NCBI GenBank assembly: GCA_035519495.1
Contig: DATIWE010000050.1
Span: 33,150-97,149 of the forward strand
DNA from: Actinomycetota bacterium
GTDB lineage: Bacteria > Actinomycetota > UBA4738 > HRBIN12
Direction: 5' to 3'
Length of the DNA: 64,000 bases
Below, piece after piece: positions 56,530 through 64,000 of this stretch. Position numbers and translations under genes: made by a program. How positions within the stretch are numbered: the first letter of the stretch is position 1; each line of letters begins with the position of its first letter. The notes beneath the pieces are model-generated. The model was given only the letters and a program-made list of their open reading frames with translations, made no database searches and was not told the DNA's origin.

Positions 56530-57846
56530 TCATCCCGGCAACCAATCGTGCACCAGCGGCGGCGGCTCGACCTCGTGCTCGACGAGCATCAGCGCCGCGA
56601 GGGCGTCGATGATCGCCTCGTCCGCATCCTCGTCGGTCCTCGCGTGGACCTCTCCGAGCGTCTCCCCCACCTCCACGCGGTCGCCGATCTTCGGGCGCAT
56701 CACGATACCGACCGCGGGATCGATCGGGTCGCCCTTGCGGAGGCGTCCCGCTCCGAGGGCGCCGCTCGCGACCCCGATCCGGTCGGTGGCGACGGCCGAG
56801 ACGATCCCTGCGCGATCGGCCAGGAGCGGCACGACGACCGGCGCGCGCGGCAGGACCCCGACGGGATCGTCGACCACCCGAGGATCGCCGCCCTGCGCCT
56901 GCACCATCCGCCGGAATCGATCGAGCGCCGATCCGTCGTCGAGCGCGGCCCCGGCCCGGGCCAGCGCGTCTTCGAACGAACCCCCCTCGAGCCGTTCGAC
57001 GGCGCGCGCCGTGAACCACACCGCGAGCTCCCGCAGGCGGCCTCGCTGCTCGCCGCGGAGGATCGCGACGGTTTCGGCGATGTCGAGCGCGTTGCCGACG
57101 GCGTCGCCGAGCGGCTGGGACATATCGGTGACGGCGGCGGCCGCCGGCCGTTCCGCGCCGCGGGCCAGTGCGAGACAGGCGCTTGCCAGTGAACGCGCCT
57201 CATCGGGGGTGCGCATGAACGCCCCGGAGCCGGCCTTCACGTCGAGCAGGATGAGGTCGGTCGCGACGGCGAGCTTCTTCGACATCACGCTCGCGGCGAT
57301 CAGGGGGATCGACTCGACGGTGGCGGTCGCGTCCCGCAGCGCGTAGAGCGCGCCGTCGGCCGGGACCAGGGCCGGAGACTGCGCGGCGACGGCGCACCCG
57401 ACCGCTCGCACCTGCTGAGCGATCTCGGCCGGAGACAGGTCGGTCCGGAACCCGGGGATCGCCTCGAGTTTGTCGAGCGTCCCGCCCGTGTGGCCGAGGC
57501 CGCGGCCGGAGAGCTTCGCGACGGCGAGCCCGAGCGCGGCGGTGAGCGGAGCGAACACCAGCGTGACGCCGTCCGCGACCCCGCCGGTCGAGTGCTTGTC
57601 CACCGAGGGCCGCCCGAGATCACCGAACGCGACCGTCTCCCCCGACGCGATCATGGCCTCCGTCATCGCCAGCGTCTCGCCGTCGTCGAGCCCGTTCAGG
57701 AGCGCGGCCATCAGGAAGGCAGCCGCCGGTCCATCGCCGAGCTCGCCGCGCGCGTACGCCAGGACGAACCGCTCGATCTGCTCCGGCGCAAGGGTTCCGC
57801 CGTCGCGCTTCGCCGCGATCACCGCCCGCGGGTCCCACCTGGTCAT
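56530..57846 (-). CDS. deoA: thymidine/pyrimidine-nucleoside phosphorylase
   Basis: ATG 57846 (MTRWDPRAVIAAKRDG). DKHSTGGVADG, SGRGLGHTGGTLDKLE motifs. The ORF continues upstream as junk. Confidence 0.9.
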   Translation of the reverse strand: MTRWDPRAVIAAKRDGGTLAPEQIERFVLAYARGELGDGPAAAFLMAALLNGLDDGETLAMTEAMIASGETVAFGDLGRPSVDKHSTGGVADGVTLVFAPLTAALGLAVAKLSGRGLGHTGGTLDKLEAIPGFRTDLSPAEIAQQVRAVGCAVAAQSPALVPADGALYALRDATATVESIPLIAASVMSKKLAVATDLILLDVKAGSGAFMRTPDEARSLASACLALARGAERPAAAAVTDMSQPLGDAVGNALDIAETVAILRGEQRGRLRELAVWFTARAVERLEGGSFEDALARAGAALDDGSALDRFRRMVQAQGGDPRVVDDPVGVLPRAPVVVPLLADRAGIVSAVATDRIGVASGALGAGRLRKGDPIDPAVGIVMRPKIGDRVEVGETLGEVHARTDEDADEAIIDALAALMLVEHEVEPPPLVHDWLPG

Positions 57847-57865
57847 CCGGAACGCTCCGTCACGA

Positions 57866-59053
57866 TCAGCGGGCGCATCCGAGGTCGGCCGCGAAGCTCG
57901 AGCCGAGCGAGGTCGGTGCCGCGACGCCCAGCAGATCGGCCACGGTCTGCCCCAGGTCGGCGAACGTCTCGCGCGTGCCGAGCCTGTACGGCCCGCCGCG
58001 CACACCGGCGGCGAGCAGCGGGGTCCGCTCGCGCGAATGGTCGGTCGGCGGCGTCGTCGGGTCGCACCCGTGGTCGCCCGTGATGAACAGCACGCCGCCG
58101 TCGAGCGCGGCGAGCACGTCCGGGAGCCGCCGATCGAACGCTTCCATCGCCGCGGCGTAGCCGGGTGCGTCGTTGCGGTGGCCGTACTTCGAATCGAAGT
58201 CCACGAGGTTCGCGAACACGAACGCCGGTTCCGGACGGGCGAGGTACTCGATCGTGAGATCGACGCCGTGGTCGTTCGAGTCCGAGTACCGCCCCTCGGT
58301 GATGCCGTGCCCATCGAAGATGTCGCGTATCTTGCCCACGGTGAGGACCGGGACGGCCGCCGCGGCCAGGTGGTCGAGCACCGTCGGACCCGGTGGCGGC
58401 AGGCTGAGGTCACGGCGCTCGGGCCGCCGCACGAAGTTCCCCGGGGGCCCGTCGAACGGCCGCGCGATCACGCGACCGACGGCATGCTCGCCGGTCAAGA
58501 TCCGGCGCGCGACGCGACACCACGTGTAGAGCTCTTCGAGCGGCACCACGTCGACGTGCGTGGCGATCTGGAACACGGAGTCGCCGCTCGTGTACACGAT
58601 CGGGCGCCCGGTCGCGAGGTGTTCGCCCCCGAGCTCCTCGATGATCTCGGTCCCGGAGGCCGGCACGTTGCCCAGCACGCGGCGACCGATCGCCTCCTCG
58701 AAAGGCCTCAGCACCTCGGGAGGGAATCCATCGGGATACAGCGGGAACGGCCGGTCGAGCCGGATCCCCATCATCTCCCAGTGCCCGGTGGTCGTGTCCT
58801 TCCCCGCCGAGACCTCGGTCGCGCGGCCGTGGGCGGACCCGGCCTCCGCGCGAGGTTGGACGCCTTCGATGTCGGTCAGGTGCCCCAACCCGAGGGCCTC
58901 GAGGTTCGGCAGATGGACGCCGCCCACCGCGCGCGCCGCGTTCCCGAGCGTGTCGGAGCCCTCGTCGCCGTAGGCCGCGGCGTCGGGAGCATCGCCCACG
59001 CCCCAGGAATCGCACACGATCAGGCAGACGCGAGGAACGCGCGGATCCCCCAA
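57866..59053 (-). CDS. deoB: phosphopentomutase
   Basis: [42 protein letters not shown] motifs. Start uncertain; TTG 59053 just after the DksA-like stop gives 395 aa. Confidence 0.85.
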   Translation of the reverse strand: MGDPRVPRVCLIVCDSWGVGDAPDAAAYGDEGSDTLGNAARAVGGVHLPNLEALGLGHLTDIEGVQPRAEAGSAHGRATEVSAGKDTTTGHWEMMGIRLDRPFPLYPDGFPPEVLRPFEEAIGRRVLGNVPASGTEIIEELGGEHLATGRPIVYTSGDSVFQIATHVDVVPLEELYTWCRVARRILTGEHAVGRVIARPFDGPPGNFVRRPERRDLSLPPPGPTVLDHLAAAAVPVLTVGKIRDIFDGHGITEGRYSDSNDHGVDLTIEYLARPEPAFVFANLVDFDSKYGHRNDAPGYAAAMEAFDRRLPDVLAALDGGVLFITGDHGCDPTTPPTDHSRERTPLLAAGVRGGPYRLGTRETFADLGQTVADLLGVAAPTSLGSSFAADLGCAR

Positions 59054-59054
59054 C

Positions 59055-59411
59055 TCACCCCGCCAGCTTCTTGCAGTCGATGCAGAGCAGGGCCCAGGGG
59101 ATCGCCTCGAGTCGCTCAGGCGCGATCGGGCGGCCGCAGCGTTCGCAGGTGCCGTACGTGCCGGCGTCCATCTTCGCGATCGCGCGCTCCACGTCGTGCA
59201 GGTTCGAACGGAGCGCGCGCACCACGGCAATCACCCGCGAGCGCTCCTCGGTGCTGTGGGATCGATCCGAGAACCCCGCGTCGGCGTCGAACGTGACCTC
59301 GTCGGACTCCGGATCGGCCCCGTACTCCTGGATCTCGTGCCGGAGGTCCGTCCGCTGCCGCTCGAGCTCGTCGCGCAAGCGGGCGAGCACCGCCTCGTCG
59401 AGCACCGTCAT
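59055..59411 (-). CDS. DksA/TraR-family C4 zinc-finger protein
   Basis: 118 aa. Coiled-coil N-terminus and CERCGRPI...LLCIDC zinc finger. ATGA overlap with the xerD stop. Confidence 0.8.
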   Translation of the reverse strand: MTVLDEAVLARLRDELERQRTDLRHEIQEYGADPESDEVTFDADAGFSDRSHSTEERSRVIAVVRALRSNLHDVERAIAKMDAGTYGTCERCGRPIAPERLEAIPWALLCIDCKKLAG

Positions 59412-60343
59412 CCCCCCTTCCCCGACCCGCGCCGCGCCCTCGGGTGCGACGAGTAGTACACCTCCCGCAGATGCTCCTTCGTCACGAGCGTGTAGATCTG
59501 CGTGGTCGCGACGCTCGCGTGCCCCAGCAGCTCCTGCACCACCCGGACGTCGGCGCCCCCGTCGAGCAGGTGCGTCGCGAACGAGTGTCGCAGGTCGTGC
59601 AGCGTCACGCGACGCTCGATCCCGGCGGTCTCCGCCGCCCGGGTCAGGATCCGCCCGCAGCTCTGTCGCGTGAGGCGGCCGCCCCGGGTATTGAGGAACA
59701 GCGCGCCGCGGGTGCGGCCGGTGGCGAAGGCCGGCCTGGCCCGCGTGAGGTACGTCTGGACGGCGTCCCGGGCGTAGCGGCCCACCGGGACGTCGCGTTC
59801 CTTGCCGCCCTTCCCGAGGACCCGGACGAACCCGTCCAGCAGATCGACATCGTCGACGTCCAGCCCCGTGAGCTCGGAGATCCGCAGGCCGGCCCCGTAC
59901 AGCAACTCGAGGATGGCCCGGTCCCGCATCCCCGCCGGCTGGGTCGGGTCGGGCGCCTCGACGATGGCGCGGACCTCGTCGACGGAGAGCGGATGCGGCA
60001 GCGCGCGAGGCAGCTTCGGCCGGACCACCCCGGCGCTCGGGTCGCGATCGGTCACGCCGTCGCGGACGAGGAACCGGTGGAACGACCGCACCGCCGAGAG
60101 GGCGCGCGCGACCGACGTCGCCGCGTACGGCTCCTCCTCCGGACCGTGGGTCGCCGCCGAGATCGACGCGACGAACGACCGGACGTCGGCCGGCTCGACG
60201 TCGTCGGGCGACGCGATGCCACGGCGTTCCAGGAACGCGGCGTACCGAGCCAGATCGCGGTGATACGCGGCGATCGTGTTCGGCGAGAGGCCGCGCTCTA
60301 CGGTGAGTTGGTCGAGGAACCGTTGCACCGCAGGGTCGATCAC
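59408..60343 (-). CDS. xerD: site-specific tyrosine recombinase XerD
   Basis: GTG 60343 in a GTGA overlap with the Nudix gene. RDRAILELLYGAGLRISE, HDLRHSFATHLL, LGHASVATTQIYT (R-H-R-Y set). Syntenic with pyrG/recN. Confidence 0.85.
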   Translation of the reverse strand: MIDPAVQRFLDQLTVERGLSPNTIAAYHRDLARYAAFLERRGIASPDDVEPADVRSFVASISAATHGPEEEPYAATSVARALSAVRSFHRFLVRDGVTDRDPSAGVVRPKLPRALPHPLSVDEVRAIVEAPDPTQPAGMRDRAILELLYGAGLRISELTGLDVDDVDLLDGFVRVLGKGGKERDVPVGRYARDAVQTYLTRARPAFATGRTRGALFLNTRGGRLTRQSCGRILTRAAETAGIERRVTLHDLRHSFATHLLDGGADVRVVQELLGHASVATTQIYTLVTKEHLREVYYSSHPRARRGSGKGG

Positions 60344-60852
60344 GGCCCCGGCTGCGCGGCGGCGAGAAAGAGCGCCAGGGCGGTACTGGCGTTGCGGAAC
60401 CGTCCCGCGCGTGCCGCCGCGATCGCATCGTCGAACGGCATCCGCACCACTTCGATCCCGGGCTCCGGCTCTCCTTCCGGCTCCGGGCGGGTGCGCGCCA
60501 TGAACAGATGCATGTACTCGTCGGTGAAGCCGGGCGACAGGTACGCGCCGCCGAGGAACGTCAGCGTCTCGGCGTGGAAGCCGGTCTCCTCGAACAGCTC
60601 GCGCCCGGCGCACGTCATCGCGTCCTCGCCGTCGATGTCGAGGAGCCCGGCCGGAATCTCCGTGAGCGCGTCGCGAACGGGCGGACGGAACTGCCGCACG
60701 AGCAGGACGTCACCGTCGGGCGTCCTCGGGACGATGCCGACGGCGTCGTGCTTGCGGACGGTCTCGTAGGCGTCGAGACCCGGCCAATCCTCCAGCCAGA
60801 CGGAGAGCCAGCGGCCCTCCCACGCCCGGCGAACGCCCAGCGGCTCGGGCAT
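60340..60852 (-). CDS. Nudix hydrolase (ADP-ribose pyrophosphatase-like)
   Basis: Nudix box GRELFEETGF. 170 aa. Between pyrG and xerD, as Rv1700 is. Confidence 0.85.
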   Translation of the reverse strand: MPEPLGVRRAWEGRWLSVWLEDWPGLDAYETVRKHDAVGIVPRTPDGDVLLVRQFRPPVRDALTEIPAGLLDIDGEDAMTCAGRELFEETGFHAETLTFLGGAYLSPGFTDEYMHLFMARTRPEPEGEPEPGIEVVRMPFDDAIAAARAGRFRNASTALALFLAAAQPGP

Positions 60853-60857
60853 CCGGC

Positions 60858-64000
<3,143 letters not shown>

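Noticed and set aside
57847-58413. Upstream extension of the deoA ORF (627-aa version), and the 54101 start of scpB.
   Set aside because: These extensions overlap the neighbouring deoB and scpA coding frames and translate to low-complexity Arg/Ser/Pro sequence. Family-typical N-termini begin at 57846 and 53987.
59408-60343. The tyrosine recombinase as an integrase marking a mobile element, and tRNA-Pro (47118..47192) as an island attachment site.
   Set aside because: The recombinase sits in the conserved recN-pyrG-Nudix-xerD housekeeping arrangement and is joined to its neighbours by 4-nt overlaps. No integrase, direct repeat of the tRNA 3' end or phage-like genes flank the tRNA.

Overview
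Very GC-rich chromosomal segment: third codon positions are almost uniformly G/C, and long Arg/Pro/Gly-rich ORFs appear in non-coding frames. Gene content is actinobacterial and the synteny is Mycobacterium-like. The window is densely coding, with about 65 genes, many joined by 1-8 nt stop/start overlaps (ATGA/GTGA). Left part (+ strand): an ABC-F ATPase, an amidohydrolase plus two tandem GcvT-family aminomethyltransferase paralogs, and an HtrA protease. These are followed by a complete Pup-proteasome locus (trmI-mpa-dop-pup-prcB-prcA-pafA-pafB-pafC), then tatA-tatC, helY, two DAG-kinase-like genes and an M24 peptidase. Middle: cysS, then an accessory-looking block. It holds a lipoprotein and an atypical four-TM FtsH-like AAA+/HEXXH protease with large insertions, an Lrp/AsnC regulator, and a compact stand-alone reverse-transcriptase-like gene translationally coupled to a second amidohydrolase. 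After the block come DUF4193, a fused Lnt-Ppm1 and a DUF11-repeat surface protein. Right part (- strand): gcvPB-gcvPA, a MerR / DUF151 nuclease / hpt / D-Ala-D-Ala carboxypeptidase / MerR / GarA-like FHA / gcvH cluster, pgsA-like, tRNA-Pro(GGG), der-cmk-aroA-tyrA-aroH, rluB-scpB-scpA-trpS, a degenerate M50 protease, deoA-deoB, a DksA/TraR zinc finger, xerD, Nudix, pyrG and a truncated recN. I saw no rRNA, CRISPR array, transposase or prophage genes. The best candidate for something undescribed is the orphan minimal RT-like gene and its coupled amidohydrolase, next to the unusual FtsH-like protease/lipoprotein pair. All functional calls rest on motif recognition by eye; no database search was run.
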